Below are positions 1 through 10,328 of a stretch of 64,000 nucleotides of DNA, one piece after another. Location of the stretch: positions 1-64,000 of the forward strand of contig CAXXXF010000006.1 in NCBI GenBank assembly GCA_963667175.2, read 5' to 3'. The notes under the pieces are model-generated. The model was not told the origin of the DNA, made no database searches, and saw only the letters and a program-made list of their open reading frames with translations. The position numbers were made by a program, and so were the translations under genes. Positions within the stretch are counted from its first letter, which is position 1. Every line of letters starts with the position of its first letter. Origin of the DNA: Candidatus Latescibacterota bacterium (lineage in GTDB: Bacteria; Latescibacterota; UBA2968; GCA-2709665).

Positions 1-256
1 CGGGTACTTTTGCGGTAGGCGTGCGCGCTATATGTGCCCCCAAACACCTCATGGAATCGTCTGACGCTATCGAGTTGGTCTTTCACCTGGCATCTCCCAA
101 AGGCTCTGCCCAAGACATTGTCGGAATGTCTATGGTTTCACGAATACGACGATTAACTGCCTGGCAAGTTATGTGAGGGGAAATCCTCCCTACCGCAATT
201 CTGATCCACCGGGTTGACTGAAGTGGAATCTCCCTCGTGGGGGCGTCGATTCAAAG

Positions 257-1050
257 CTATCGTCGACGCTTCAGCAGGAAGATCATTTCTGGCGCGTCGG
301 GGACCTATCGGTTTCCGGTCAAAAGACCCGAATTCCCCCACGGTCTCGAGACTGGCGGCGTGGAAAAGAGCTTTGAGATGAGGATAGGTATATACGCTCA
401 TCCTGAATGGCTCTTCTTCCTCGGACAGGGGCCCGGCGGCCTTCATACAGCCTGAAGATAAACCGGCCGGCGAATACCATATTGACCGGATCGAATCCTT
501 CCTTGACGAAGAATCTCCGGATGGTCCGACCGGTCCCGTCGCCAGGCCGGCCACTCCAGCTCCAGATGTTCCTCGCCGTCGCCGGATAGGAGTTTGTCGA
601 AGCGGGGATTGAACACGTCGAACGCGAGGACGCCTCCATCCTTCAGATGTCTCCCGGCGTTTGTCAGAGCCGCCAGCTGGTCCTCCACGGTGTACATGTG
701 CTGCAAGGGTCTGAATGGGATGATAACCAGGGAGAAACGATCTCTGAGAGAAAAGGGTCCTGAAATCACCCTCGACAACGCGTACTCTGCGTGTGAGGCC
801 CTGCAGGTTCTTTAGCGAGCTTTGCGCGCAGAACCTCCAGCATCGCGCGAGAAGCATCGACCCCCGTGACATCGTGGCCCCGCCGTGCATGCGGCAACGT
901 GATTCTGCCGGTCCCGCAGCCCAGCTCCAGGACATGCCCGCCGTACTCACCGGCCAGATTCAGATAGAAATCTCTGTCAACCAGGTCTTTCTTCGCGCTG
1001 TACGCGGCGTCGTAGTGCTTCGCCGCCAGACGGTAGGCATCATCGATCAT
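257..1050 (-). pseudogene. Class I SAM-dependent methyltransferase, about 5 frameshifts
   Basis: VLELGCGTG motif; the protein is pieced together from ORF-track frames 766-1050, 153-950, 443-778 and 319-639. Confidence 0.8.
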
Positions 1051-1881
1051 CGCGAGTCTCCGATCGCATTCTCCGGGCCAACCAGTTTCTCCCTCAGTTC
1101 GATCGCTGCCCGGTAAGCATCCGCAAGGAATTCAGATGGAGCTTGAGCGAAATCCTGGGGCACTGACTCGATCATAATGGGACCCCGGCGGGGATGCGGG
1201 ATATGCTCTTGCAACGGTATCCCAATTGACAATTCCCTTCATCGGCAACCAGTGAACGTCGCTATGGCCGTCAGTATCCGAGAAGTGCGTCGTGAGAAGA
1301 CGATGCGCCCACTTCCCGAGCACGGCGCCGGGAGTACTGGAATACAGGAAGTCGTGTGAGCTATCGTAACACACGCCGAGGCTCGCCAGGGGAAGCTCAG
1401 TCAGAATGAAATCAACGCGATCGGTCAGCCTTGTATTCTCCAGAGCCAGCGCGACCCCGCAGTTTGCCGCCTCCTCGCCCAACCGCCGGAAGATTTCCAG
1501 GCCTTCCTCACAAGGTGGAGGCGGTGTTGGCCCCTTCGTCACGTGAAGCACGATGAAGGAAATGGAATGCCGGCTGCAGTACTCGATCAGCTTGAGATTC
1601 TCATTCGCCAACGCGTCCCGTTTACCGGTCCGGTCGGACCAGAAAGCATTCGCGTTGTCGTAGGGTGCGTGGACGTGATCGACGGCGAGCCCGACATCTG
1701 CGGCCATTCCCGGCATTTCGTGGGCACGACCCGATACAACCAGGGGTTCTTTGTTGCCCATCCACAGAAAGGTGTGACTGAATCCACTCTGTCTGATCAG
1801 ACTCAAGCGTTCAGCCAGAGGCAGGTCGTAGCCGAACCAGGAAAATATGCCGAGAGGGGCCCGGGCGCCACTTGAGATCAT
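1047..1881 (-). pseudogene. Sugar phosphate isomerase/epimerase TIM barrel, frameshift near 1190
   Basis: ALEN, YDSSHD, THFSD and HWLP motifs; C-terminus (GPIMIES) in frame 1047-1232; ATGA overlap with next gene. Confidence 0.8.
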
Positions 1882-1937
1882 GGGTTGCTCGCTTCTTGAT
1901 TTTGTACCATTGGTGAACCGCGACCGCCGCCAGAAGT

Positions 1938-2057
1938 CGGGCGCCTGCCTGCGCAGCGTACTGCCTGCCTGTGCGGAGCACGCCTGCCTGCGCAGTGCCC
2001 TGCGCTGCAGGCAGGCAGACAGGCGCTGCAGGCAGGCCCACAAGGGACGCCCCTACA
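1938..2057. repeat. GTAG-type REP-like palindrome carrying three nested CTGCCTG...CAGGC micro-insertions
   Basis: Empty version CGGGCGCCCACAAGGGACGCCCCTACA at 28774-28800; 93-bp insert at 1945-2037. Confidence 0.85.
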
Positions 2058-2322
2058 AGGCGAAGGAGAGCGATTTAGTGAAGTTTACGATTGATAAGGT
2101 AGAGCAAAACTGGCAGTGTGCTGCGCGTTCGCTGGGCCGCCGGCTGTGACGTACAAAGCGTACCTTGACGCGGTCGAGTCCAGGATGACGAAAGGATTTC
2201 GGTTGAATTTCTCTCTCCACGGCCGATCGAAAACGATGGTTGGTTGCAGCTTCGCTGCCACAGGCGATCTGTCTCACGGTAGATCAGCCTTCATTCACAG
2301 CAATGCAAGGACGTTTCAGCTT

Positions 2323-3123
2323 TCATGAGTCAGACATCCAGCTATCCCTGCCGTAATCGAATGCTTCAAAGTCGTCGCGGTACATGCTGTAGGTCAGAGC
2401 GGCCAGATCGGAGCTGTACGCGGTGGCCAGAGGCACGTGGACCGTCGGGTTTCGCTTCTCCGAGGCAAGGGCGACCGTCTCCTCTGGCGCACCGAGCCGT
2501 CTCAGAATCGCACGAAAATCTTCGGCGAAATTCTCAAATCGGCCTACGAAATCATAGGAAACGACGTCCTGCATCAGAATCCGGGTCTGCGCATTGAAAT
2601 GGCCGTCGTAAATGGCGTCAGGTTTCAACTCGTAACGTATCTTCGCGCGACAGTCTGACAGGAAGTGAACGAAGTCTGCAAACGTAACCTGAGCGCGGGG
2701 ACTCTCATCGCTGGCAGGATAGTTGAATTCTTCCCGTATCGCATCCTGCAGCCACAGATACTGGGTATCCCTCGCGTTTCCGATCTTCGACTTGTAGGCC
2801 GAGTGCAATCGATGAAACGGATTGCGGACAAAACAGAATCTCACCCATTCCGTCGAGGTCAGCATCTCAACGATCTCTTCAGTGCTAAATCGGGCGAGAA
2901 ACAACCCACGATCGAGACCGTGGACGTCGTTCGGATTCCCCGGCGCCGACTTTCCGGCCAGGTGATATAACGCCACCTTAACCGTCGTACAGGCGACTTT
3001 GGGTAACGTCATGCACAGGCATTTGTACTCAGGTACAACCCACCCGTGGTAAGAGAAACTCTGGTTAACATCGTTTTCCCGTGCTGTCCAGATAAGCGCT
3101 GCCAGATGTTTCGCTTCGTCCAT
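2323..3123 (-). CDS. Sulfotransferase family 2 protein
   Basis: PKVACTT, FVRNPFHRLHSAY and YDFVGRFE motifs. Confidence 0.9.
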   Translation of the reverse strand: MDEAKHLAALIWTARENDVNQSFSYHGWVVPEYKCLCMTLPKVACTTVKVALYHLAGKSAPGNPNDVHGLDRGLFLARFSTEEIVEMLTSTEWVRFCFVRNPFHRLHSAYKSKIGNARDTQYLWLQDAIREEFNYPASDESPRAQVTFADFVHFLSDCRAKIRYELKPDAIYDGHFNAQTRILMQDVVSYDFVGRFENFAEDFRAILRRLGAPEETVALASEKRNPTVHVPLATAYSSDLAALTYSMYRDDFEAFDYGRDSWMSDS

Positions 3124-3159
3124 ATCTGCCTCAAGCGGTCGTCCCAATACAGGTGGGCA

Positions 3160-3573
3160 TCAAAGCCGCTGTTGTTTCTTGAGTTCCGGGACGATGTGGT
3201 TCCGCAGAATGGGATTCAGCGGATGTTTTCCCGATTCCAGGTCCGACATGGATGCCCATGCGATCTCGAGCACTTCGTCCTGGTCGGGAACGGGTTCCCC
3301 TTCAAAACCCGCCGTGTAAGCCCTGACCCTCACGATGCGCCGTTCTCCGGTTCCATCAGGGTCGGCCAGACGTTCGTATTCCCCGAAGAATTCAGGATCC
3401 GTCGGGGTAATTTTGAGCTCTTCCTTCAACTCTCTTCGCAGTGTCTCCAGGTCCGACTCGCCGGCCTCGACCTTTCCGCCCGGCAGGAGATAATCATCGA
3501 TGCCGTCGCATTTTACGAGCAGGAGCCCATCGGGCGTAATCAGAATTCCAGATATGCGAACGAATGTCTTCAT
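3160..3573 (-). CDS. NUDIX hydrolase
   Basis: PGGKVEAGESDLETLRRELKEEL Nudix box. Confidence 0.92.
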   Translation of the reverse strand: MKTFVRISGILITPDGLLLVKCDGIDDYLLPGGKVEAGESDLETLRRELKEELKITPTDPEFFGEYERLADPDGTGERRIVRVRAYTAGFEGEPVPDQDEVLEIAWASMSDLESGKHPLNPILRNHIVPELKKQQRL

Positions 3574-3623
3574 TGCCTGCTTTCAGGCTTCGGTGAAGGC
3601 GAGATCGTCTGTGAAAGACTCGA

Positions 3624-3668
3624 TGTTAACGGGGAGATCCCTTGTCGATCCACAGTCCCCACGGATTG
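3624..3668 (-). other. Shrunken attC-like remnant
   Basis: TGTTAAC-GGGGA-GATC...GATC..TCCCC short hairpin in spacer. Confidence 0.3.
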
Positions 3669-3678
3669 TCATTCCTGT

Positions 3679-4173
3679 TTACGCCAATTCCTCCACCTTC
3701 AGGGACTTAACCGTTACAGTGGACCCCCACCCCGGTCCGATACATACCGGCCCAATGAGGGCACTGTAGTTGTTCCGTTGAAACTCATCTCCGGTCTCGC
3801 CCTCGTTGGAATAGCGCAGCTTTCCGTCGACCAGAACTTGCATGTAGTTTTCCTGTATCTCCCACGTCACCCTAACCCATGTATCCCGCGGAACCTGCCC
3901 CTGTCCCTCCGCGAAGAACGTATGGCCGTAGACCGGTTCGTAACACGCCATCTCTTCAAGTGCGACTTCCCAGTTCAAGATTACGTGCCCCTTCGCGAAA
4001 TGGAGCCGCAGGTTTGTTGAATCCGTCTTCGCCACCGCTTCCATCCGCAGCGGTACGGCGTAAATACCAGGAGTGCGGACATATCCGTATCCCGAAAGGC
4101 TCAGCTGCTCACTGTCGCATTTTGCGACACATTCGCTGACCGGGACCAGCCCGGAAAGTGGAATCTCTACCAT
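3679..4173 (-). CDS. Hypothetical protein (beta-sandwich-like)
   Basis: 164-aa ORF with GGAGG RBS. Confidence 0.7.
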   Translation of the reverse strand: MVEIPLSGLVPVSECVAKCDSEQLSLSGYGYVRTPGIYAVPLRMEAVAKTDSTNLRLHFAKGHVILNWEVALEEMACYEPVYGHTFFAEGQGQVPRDTWVRVTWEIQENYMQVLVDGKLRYSNEGETGDEFQRNNYSALIGPVCIGPGWGSTVTVKSLKVEELA

Positions 4174-4185
4174 CTCTTCCTCCGC

Positions 4186-5025
4186 TCAAATCAGCCCGAT
4201 TTTCCTAAACAGAAACAGGGCTTCAACGGTAAAGCTCGCCCTGTGTTCCTCCCCGTGCCCGGTAATCCAGCCTCCGTCCTCCTGTTGATTGCCCGTCACA
4301 CTGGCCAACGACAATTCGAAGAGGTCTTCCGCAACGTCACCGGCAAGATGGCTGGCGTGCGCAATGGAGATGACGTCTCCCGGATCCCCTTTGCCCTGTT
4401 TCACGGTTTCATACAATAGCTTCTTGCAACCGCTGACAATCTGTTCGTTCGCCCCATTGCCGGATCCACGGAGATGAAACAGAGGCAACGCCATCCAGTG
4501 CGTGTGGTTGTAGTCGGGAAATCGCTCGCCGTTCCATCCACACCGGACAAAATCCACGCCTTTTGCGAAGTCTACCTCGTGCTGCAGGCCCGATTCCATC
4601 AGTTTGCAGCACAGCGCCGAGGTCAGCCAGACCTGGTTCCCGTACCTGCCGGGCAGCATCCAGAAAGGCGGATTGAAATCCACGATCTCCTCCGGCTCAT
4701 CCCAGCTTCCGTCTTCACGCTGGGTTCTGCGGAGAAAATCCAGCGTATCCAGCAGCACCGGGCTGTTCCGGTCTCCAATCCAGTTCAGCCATTGTAGCGC
4801 GACGAATGTCGCGGTGATAATCGACAGGTCGCCCTCAAAGTCTTTGTCGGTTCTCGTCCAGCCACCGTCGTCTCGCTGATTGACGGCGAGAGCCTCGATG
4901 ACCTCGCCACGACTGCAATCACCCATTGCGAATCTGGCCAAGCTTGAAAGGACGGGATCGTCCGAAGCAAGGACGAAAGCCACGGCTCTATCCGGATCAA
5001 TTCCGCTCACGATTCCTTCCTCCAA
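4186..5025 (-). CDS. Prenyltransferase/squalene oxidase repeat protein
   Basis: Three QxxDGxW repeats. Confidence 0.85.
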   Translation of the reverse strand: MEEGIVSGIDPDRAVAFVLASDDPVLSSLARFAMGDCSRGEVIEALAVNQRDDGGWTRTDKDFEGDLSIITATFVALQWLNWIGDRNSPVLLDTLDFLRRTQREDGSWDEPEEIVDFNPPFWMLPGRYGNQVWLTSALCCKLMESGLQHEVDFAKGVDFVRCGWNGERFPDYNHTHWMALPLFHLRGSGNGANEQIVSGCKKLLYETVKQGKGDPGDVISIAHASHLAGDVAEDLFELSLASVTGNQQEDGGWITGHGEEHRASFTVEALFLFRKIGLI

Positions 5026-5049
5026 TGGTCACTCGAACAGGTGGCCGAA

Positions 5050-5138
5050 AACGAACAATACTCAATTCAGCGAAGCGGTTAAAACACACACGGTAAGATG
5101 ACTGCGTCCGCTCCGGTCCAGCTGGAAGTACGTCGCGG
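5050..5138 (-). other. Degenerate attC-like site
   Basis: AACGAAC-AATACT..CAGC...GCTG..AGTA-CGTC; contains family motif GCGAAGCGGTT. Confidence 0.45.
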
Positions 5139-5173
5139 GCGAAGATTCAGCCCTCACCACCGGGCGTACGGAT

Positions 5174-5935
5174 TTACATGATCGGCCTGAACCTGGCCTG
5201 CAGAATCCTCTGGCTCGACGACTCACCGAACGGCACGCCGCAGCCCCGCAGTTCCTCCACGACAGCGTGGTAATCATAACTCAATCTGTGATTTGCCACG
5301 TTCCAATCCTGCCCGTCCCAGCTCACGGTGGCATATCCAATGCGACGGTCCCCATCATACGGAAATCCGACTGAGTCGATGATCGCATACCGCTGACCGC
5401 AAGGTACGCCGAAGGAAGCATAATGGAGGTGTCCCGCTACAATAAGATTTGCCTTCACACTCCCGAGCAGTACCCTAGCCTCTTCCTCTGGCGTCACGGT
5501 CAGAAGTCCGAAGGGGTCCGGATCGAGGACCAGTACGCCGGTCACGTCGGCAGGCGTCGCGTGCACGATGAGTAGATCGTCGTCGGGAGACGTGCCGCCC
5601 GGCGGGGTTATCCTGTGCTCGAAGGGCAAACTCTTCAGATAGCTCAAGCCATCGGACCCCAGTTTCTCTCTGACCCAATCCGCGCCGTCGTCCGAATACC
5701 CTTCATCATAGACGAACAAATCCGCATTGCCGTAAACCGCGGGAATGCAAAGATCTCGAATCATGTCCAGGCTCTCGGTCGGTCGGGGTCCGTTCAGCAC
5801 CAGATCTCCGGCGACCACCAGACTGTCAATCCGTTGTCTCTGCAGGTCCTCGAGAACGGCGTCGAGCGCAGCGGCGTTTCCGTGAATATCTGCGATCACC
5901 GCGACCGTATATAACTGGCGATTATTCTTTGACAT
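5174..5935 (-). CDS. Metallophosphoesterase
   Basis: DIHGN, GDLV, GNAD and GHLH motifs. Confidence 0.92.
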   Translation of the reverse strand: MSKNNRQLYTVAVIADIHGNAAALDAVLEDLQRQRIDSLVVAGDLVLNGPRPTESLDMIRDLCIPAVYGNADLFVYDEGYSDDGADWVREKLGSDGLSYLKSLPFEHRITPPGGTSPDDDLLIVHATPADVTGVLVLDPDPFGLLTVTPEEEARVLLGSVKANLIVAGHLHYASFGVPCGQRYAIIDSVGFPYDGDRRIGYATVSWDGQDWNVANHRLSYDYHAVVEELRGCGVPFGESSSQRILQARFRPIM

Positions 5936-6503
5936 ATAGAGATCTTTGTACCCGCTTCAAATCATACGCGAATTGGTACAGTTCACCGAAATCCACGGAT
6001 TCCGGGCCGAACAACTCCGGGGCATGAGTGAAATGAACGGCCCGAACTTCGACAATTTTGCTGTGTGGATCCGGATCAGACCTGTCCTCGGTATTTCGGA
6101 CCACGTTCGCCCACGATACGACACGCACGTGCGCCGGATGCGGGATGTGGGGCGGCCTGGGGCGGTCGTTTCGAGAGACACAGTGATACATCCCGATCGG
6201 ATGAAGATTCTCCGGAACGCAGCCGGTCTCCTCCATCAATTCGCGACGGCCGGCCTCCTCCCAGCTCTCGCCGGGCTGGACGGTGCCTCCCGGCAGGACC
6301 CATTTCCCGTTGGACCGCCTGGTCATGAGACAATGCGTTTCCGATACGAACGGAATGACATAAGACGAGCCGCAAACGGTCGACGCCAGATCTTCATCGA
6401 ACCTGCGGAAGTGGACACCGGGACGAAGTTGTCCCTTCTCCCCGCTGAGTACGGGGTATTTCGAGATCAATTGATCGAAATGCGCAGAGTCCACGTTCAG
6501 CAT
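5922..6503 (-). CDS. NUDIX hydrolase
   Basis: PGGTVQPGESWEEAGRRELMEETG; overlaps downstream gene. Confidence 0.9.
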   Translation of the reverse strand: MLNVDSAHFDQLISKYPVLSGEKGQLRPGVHFRRFDEDLASTVCGSSYVIPFVSETHCLMTRRSNGKWVLPGGTVQPGESWEEAGRRELMEETGCVPENLHPIGMYHCVSRNDRPRPPHIPHPAHVRVVSWANVVRNTEDRSDPDPHSKIVEVRAVHFTHAPELFGPESVDFGELYQFAYDLKRVQRSLYVKE

Positions 6504-6582
6504 GTGTCTGGTTTTCCTGCTCGCGTCGTATGATGACCGGGCCGTCTGTTACTCGCCCCGGTTGGCCGGGCGGCACATCCGT

Positions 6583-6955
6583 ATCACTCCCCCCTTTTGG
6601 GGGAGTCGCAGAAGCCGAGCCGGTCCCTGAGCTTTCGTTACCTGAGCCTGTCTAAGGATCGAGGGGCCGGCGACGGCTGATGCGGTGGGGGGATCTCAAC
6701 GCCTTACCGTGTCAAGGCAGCGTGAATTAACCTCGATTTGAAATTTTCCGGGAACGTTAATTCGAATATACGCAAGTAAATAAAGGCGATTTGACTTCGG
6801 ATTTCCAGGAACCTTCAGGTCACCGGACGTGAACGGAAAGGATGTCCCTTCGGACGCCCATTTCGGCCCGTTTTGAAAGGCTTCGTCGCGGCTCCGCGTT
6901 GCTGTTTTCTTCGAATTAAGGTTAATAGATCCGCAATTTGAGTCGAAGCCTTACT
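6583..6955. repeat. Composite palindromic repeat copy 1 (TCACTCCCCC..GGGGGAGT family), interrupted by MITE
   Basis: Colinear with 7806-7957. Confidence 0.8.
6727..6925. mobile_element. MITE copy 1 (~200 bp)
   Basis: Terminal inverted repeats TTAACCTCGATTTG...CGAATTAAGGTTAA; 5 copies in window. Confidence 0.85.
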
Positions 6956-6963
6956 GTAACATT

Positions 6964-7656
6964 CTAATCGGCATTCGCGATCGAAGCGATCGCCGAAGGC
7001 AGTTCTTCCAAGTCGGAAATTGTCTCGTCCGGGAGTTCATCCGGCACACGAGGTTCCAGCGCCGCGTACCTGCCTTGCCTCATCCATACGGTCCGGAGAC
7101 CTACCTGCTTCGCCGGGATGATATCGTTGTCGAGGCGATCGCCGATCATAATCGCCTCCGAAGGCGCAAATCCCGCCCGGTCAAGTATTGTGCGGAAGAA
7201 TCGCTCATCCGGCTTCTTGATCCCGAGGCTGCCTGACACGTCCGTATGGCGAAACCATCGCAATACACCAAGATCGTCCAGGACGTCGACGATGTCCGCC
7301 GGCGCGTTGCCGGCCAGCGCGAGCGTGTATTCTCCAGCCAAGCGTTTGAGAACCACATCGGCCCCGGGATACAGCCTGGAACCGAGTGCCTGGATCTCCG
7401 GGTAATGCGATCGCACGTCTTTGGTGATCTCGTTGAACAGGCGCGTGTCAGGCCTGGAAAAATGCCACGTGATGGCGTGCATGGCGCTTGGAACGAACTG
7501 CGATATCTTCTCGCTGTCCAACTGTTTGTACTCTTCAATGGACAACTCAAAGCCGAAGTTGCCAAGCGTGGTTCGATGCGCCTCCATCAACGCATCCTGT
7601 TGACCGACGGCATCGAGAAGGGTCTCTCCGATATCGAACAACAGCACCGAAATCAT
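6964..7656 (-). CDS. HAD-family hydrolase
   Basis: FDIGETL, KPD and GDRLDND motifs. Confidence 0.92.
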   Translation of the reverse strand: MISVLLFDIGETLLDAVGQQDALMEAHRTTLGNFGFELSIEEYKQLDSEKISQFVPSAMHAITWHFSRPDTRLFNEITKDVRSHYPEIQALGSRLYPGADVVLKRLAGEYTLALAGNAPADIVDVLDDLGVLRWFRHTDVSGSLGIKKPDERFFRTILDRAGFAPSEAIMIGDRLDNDIIPAKQVGLRTVWMRQGRYAALEPRVPDELPDETISDLEELPSAIASIANAD

Positions 7657-7694
7657 GCGAATCTCACACTGATCTACAAAAGACGCAGCGCGAC

Positions 7695-7799
7695 GTCGTC
7701 AGGCGCCATTCGCTCGTTCCAATCACCAGTACCTGGCGCGGCCTCGCTTTACTGAGCCGCAACCAAACAGGTGCAATTGAAAACGCGCGCCCGTTCGAT
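7695..7799 (-). other. Degenerate attC-like site
   Basis: Arms CGTT-CCAAT-CACC / GGTG-CA-ATTG-AAAACG, ending GTTCGAT. Confidence 0.45.
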
Positions 7800-7805
7800 G
7801 GACCA

Positions 7806-7957
7806 ATCACTCCCCCTTGAGGGGGAGTCGCAGAAGCCGAGCCGATCCCTGAGCTTGTCGAAGGGCCGGCGACGGCTGATGCGGTGGGGGGATTCTAACG
7901 ACTTACCGTCCGCAAGTAGCGTGAATTGACATGTACGCATTTTGCATAGAAGTCACA
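7806..7957. repeat. Composite palindromic repeat copy 2
   Basis: Similar to 6583-6955; includes CCCTGAGCTTGTCGAAGGG unit. Confidence 0.8.
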
Positions 7958-8932
7958 CTATAAGTGTCTAAAGGAGGTTAACACGGCGTCCCATGCGAGT
8001 TCGGAAGCGATAAATCCGATATCGAATTCATCCAGGGTTTTCGTCTTGACTTCATTTGTGGTGACGGCATACAGGATATCGCCGTCATATTGGGTATGAA
8101 AGGGCTGAATCGCCTTCGACATGGAGCTATGTACCTGTTTGGACAACTGATGTAAGGATCCTGAATCCATCTGCCGGTTGGTGACGACCAACGTCAAGGT
8201 CGTGTTTTCGCGAGAAGGTTTGCGCTTTGTCGATCGGGCGGACCTGCGTTCAGCCCGATCCCGTATATGAACGCGGTTTCCTGTCTTGGGATCCCGATTC
8301 CCCCTGACGACCTGCCCCTGGCGGTCGACAATCGAGCCGAGTGCATTCACGACGGTAAATACAGCTATTTTCGTACGTCCGATCTGTCGAAAGGCGGCGC
8401 CCTGTCCGGATGATTCCCGAACGCCCAGTCCGGATCCGCCGCCCACGTTGGCCGAACGACCTGATCCGCGTGCACCGAGTGGAAAGACGCCGGTACGGGC
8501 TGCTCTCAGGGCGGCACGACCTAGTTTCATATCCGGATAGATGGCGTTGTTCCGCCCTCTCCAATCCCAGATAATAGCTCCTGAAACGAGGGGAATATTC
8601 TCCCAGTTGATGGAATAATTCTGCATCGCGAGAAGTTCGGCGCGCACGCCGAGGGTTGCTTCAAGGCCGTAAAGCGAGCCGCCGGCAAAGCAAATGGCGT
8701 GGTACCAGCCATATCCCGTCTCAATGGCGCCAACGCTGCCCCCTCGAATATCGACAGCCGTGGAAACCCCTTTCGGGAAGTCGAATACGGTACAACCGGT
8801 TGGACCCTCTTCATACTCAGCGATACCGACCTTCATGTCCGGAAAGTTGAACTCGAGGGTTGGACCGTCAAAGTCGGTCTTTGGATTCAACTGCACGGTA
8901 TCATGTGAGACCAGTTTTGTTCGCTTTGCCAT
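7958..8932 (-). CDS. P1/S58 family peptidase (DmpA-like)
   Basis: TGCTV, AGGSLYGL, VVNALG, ENTTL and PFHTQYDGD motifs. Confidence 0.9.
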   Translation of the reverse strand: MAKRTKLVSHDTVQLNPKTDFDGPTLEFNFPDMKVGIAEYEEGPTGCTVFDFPKGVSTAVDIRGGSVGAIETGYGWYHAICFAGGSLYGLEATLGVRAELLAMQNYSINWENIPLVSGAIIWDWRGRNNAIYPDMKLGRAALRAARTGVFPLGARGSGRSANVGGGSGLGVRESSGQGAAFRQIGRTKIAVFTVVNALGSIVDRQGQVVRGNRDPKTGNRVHIRDRAERRSARSTKRKPSRENTTLTLVVTNRQMDSGSLHQLSKQVHSSMSKAIQPFHTQYDGDILYAVTTNEVKTKTLDEFDIGFIASELAWDAVLTSFRHL

Positions 8933-8935
8933 TGC

Positions 8936-10279
8936 TCATTCCAGTTTGGAATCGGTTGTCGCCAGGCTGGCGCAGACCAGCTCCTCGTCGTTGCGGACGA
9001 AAACGTGTTTATAGGCGAACGCGGGATGCGCCCATGTGACGCCGCCGCGACGATTCAACTGATCGCGCGTCGGTTCGATCAGTTTCGCGCGACTGATGAC
9101 ATTCAACCCGTCCGGCGAAAGCGTCGTAATCAGGAGTTCACCGCGCTCATTGAACATCCAGACCCTGTCGCCGTTCCTGATGAAATGGATATTGCTCCAG
9201 CGGGCTTTGGGTACCGCTGTCAGGTCTTCCCAGATCCGTTCGCCGTTGCGGGCATCGAGGCAGCGGAGTTCCCCGTAACTGTCCACACCGTAGATGAAAT
9301 TGCCCAATCGGACCGGAGTCGACATCGTTGAATGGAGGGCATCCGTGTTTCTCTCGTCCTTGCCCTTACGGTGCCACCCGAATTGCATCTCCGGCTTATC
9401 CGGATTCACCTTCAGCAGCAACGATCCATCGAAGAAATCCGTAAAAAACAACTCGTTGCGATAAAAAACCGGGGATGCGATGCCGATCTCCATGCGTTTC
9501 GGCGGAAAAGGATGGCGCCAGTACACGCCGCCGGTCGTCGGGTTGAGGCCGACGATACTCTCGGCCGTCCGACAGACCAGGACGCGATTATTGCCCTGCG
9601 TAATCGCAATCGGCGCCGAGTAAGATGCCTTGTCGTCCAGCGCCTTCCATTTCTCAACGCCGGTTTCGCGGTCGAATGCGACGATGCTGGCGCCTGGCGT
9701 ACCGCCGGCCTGGACGATTACGTTTGATCCTTCAACGATCGGCGCGCTTGCAATGCCCCAGGTCGGCATCGCGATATTGTATTCGGAGTTCAGGTCTCTC
9801 TTCCACTTCAATGCGCCTGTGGCCGCGTCGAAGCAATGAAGATGGCCCATCGCGCCAAGGGCGTACGCCAGGCCGTTTTGAACGGTAACCGTCGCGCGGG
9901 GTCCCGCGACATAATTGATTCTGTACTCGCAGTCGTACGCATAGGACCAGATCAGTTCACCCGTTTCCCATGCAAAACAGTGGACCCGCTCGATCTGTTT
10001 CGGTTTCGCGAGACGGTCCGTCACGTAGACGCGGCCGTTGGCAACGCTCGGGCCGCTATAGCCGCTGCCGATCGGCGCCCGCCAGCGGACCGGGATCTCC
10101 GGGCCGTCGAACGCTTCGATGATTCCGATCTCTCGCCAGACACCGTCCCTGGCCGGTCCCCGCCACTGCGGCCATTCATCGGCCGCGATCGAAGAGATGG
10201 GGATCAACACCGCCAACATCATTGCCGCAAATCTCAATTGAATCACTCTTCTGCTTCGACATGTCAGTTGTTCCGGCAC
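8936..10279 (-). CDS. Secreted PQQ-like beta-propeller repeat protein
   Basis: Signal peptide, WPQWRGP, repeated xxDxxTGxxxW. Confidence 0.9.
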   Translation of the reverse strand: MPEQLTCRSRRVIQLRFAAMMLAVLIPISSIAADEWPQWRGPARDGVWREIGIIEAFDGPEIPVRWRAPIGSGYSGPSVANGRVYVTDRLAKPKQIERVHCFAWETGELIWSYAYDCEYRINYVAGPRATVTVQNGLAYALGAMGHLHCFDAATGALKWKRDLNSEYNIAMPTWGIASAPIVEGSNVIVQAGGTPGASIVAFDRETGVEKWKALDDKASYSAPIAITQGNNRVLVCRTAESIVGLNPTTGGVYWRHPFPPKRMEIGIASPVFYRNELFFTDFFDGSLLLKVNPDKPEMQFGWHRKGKDERNTDALHSTMSTPVRLGNFIYGVDSYGELRCLDARNGERIWEDLTAVPKARWSNIHFIRNGDRVWMFNERGELLITTLSPDGLNVISRAKLIEPTRDQLNRRGGVTWAHPAFAYKHVFVRNDEELVCASLATTDSKLE

Positions 10280-10328
10280 GTAAATCTCCTTGAGATATAG
10301 ACACTTCCGGCGTTTGCAGCAGCCGCGA

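Noticed and set aside
59-173. attC-like site (GTCTGAC...GTTATGT)
   Set aside because: Core-like ends but no convincing complementary arms
3583-3672. 29-aa mini-ORF MTIRGDCG...
   Set aside because: Poor RBS spacing and no homology cue; overlaps a hairpin better read as an attC remnant
3046-4020. 324-aa plus-strand ORF
   Set aside because: Antisense to NUDIX and neighbours; no motif
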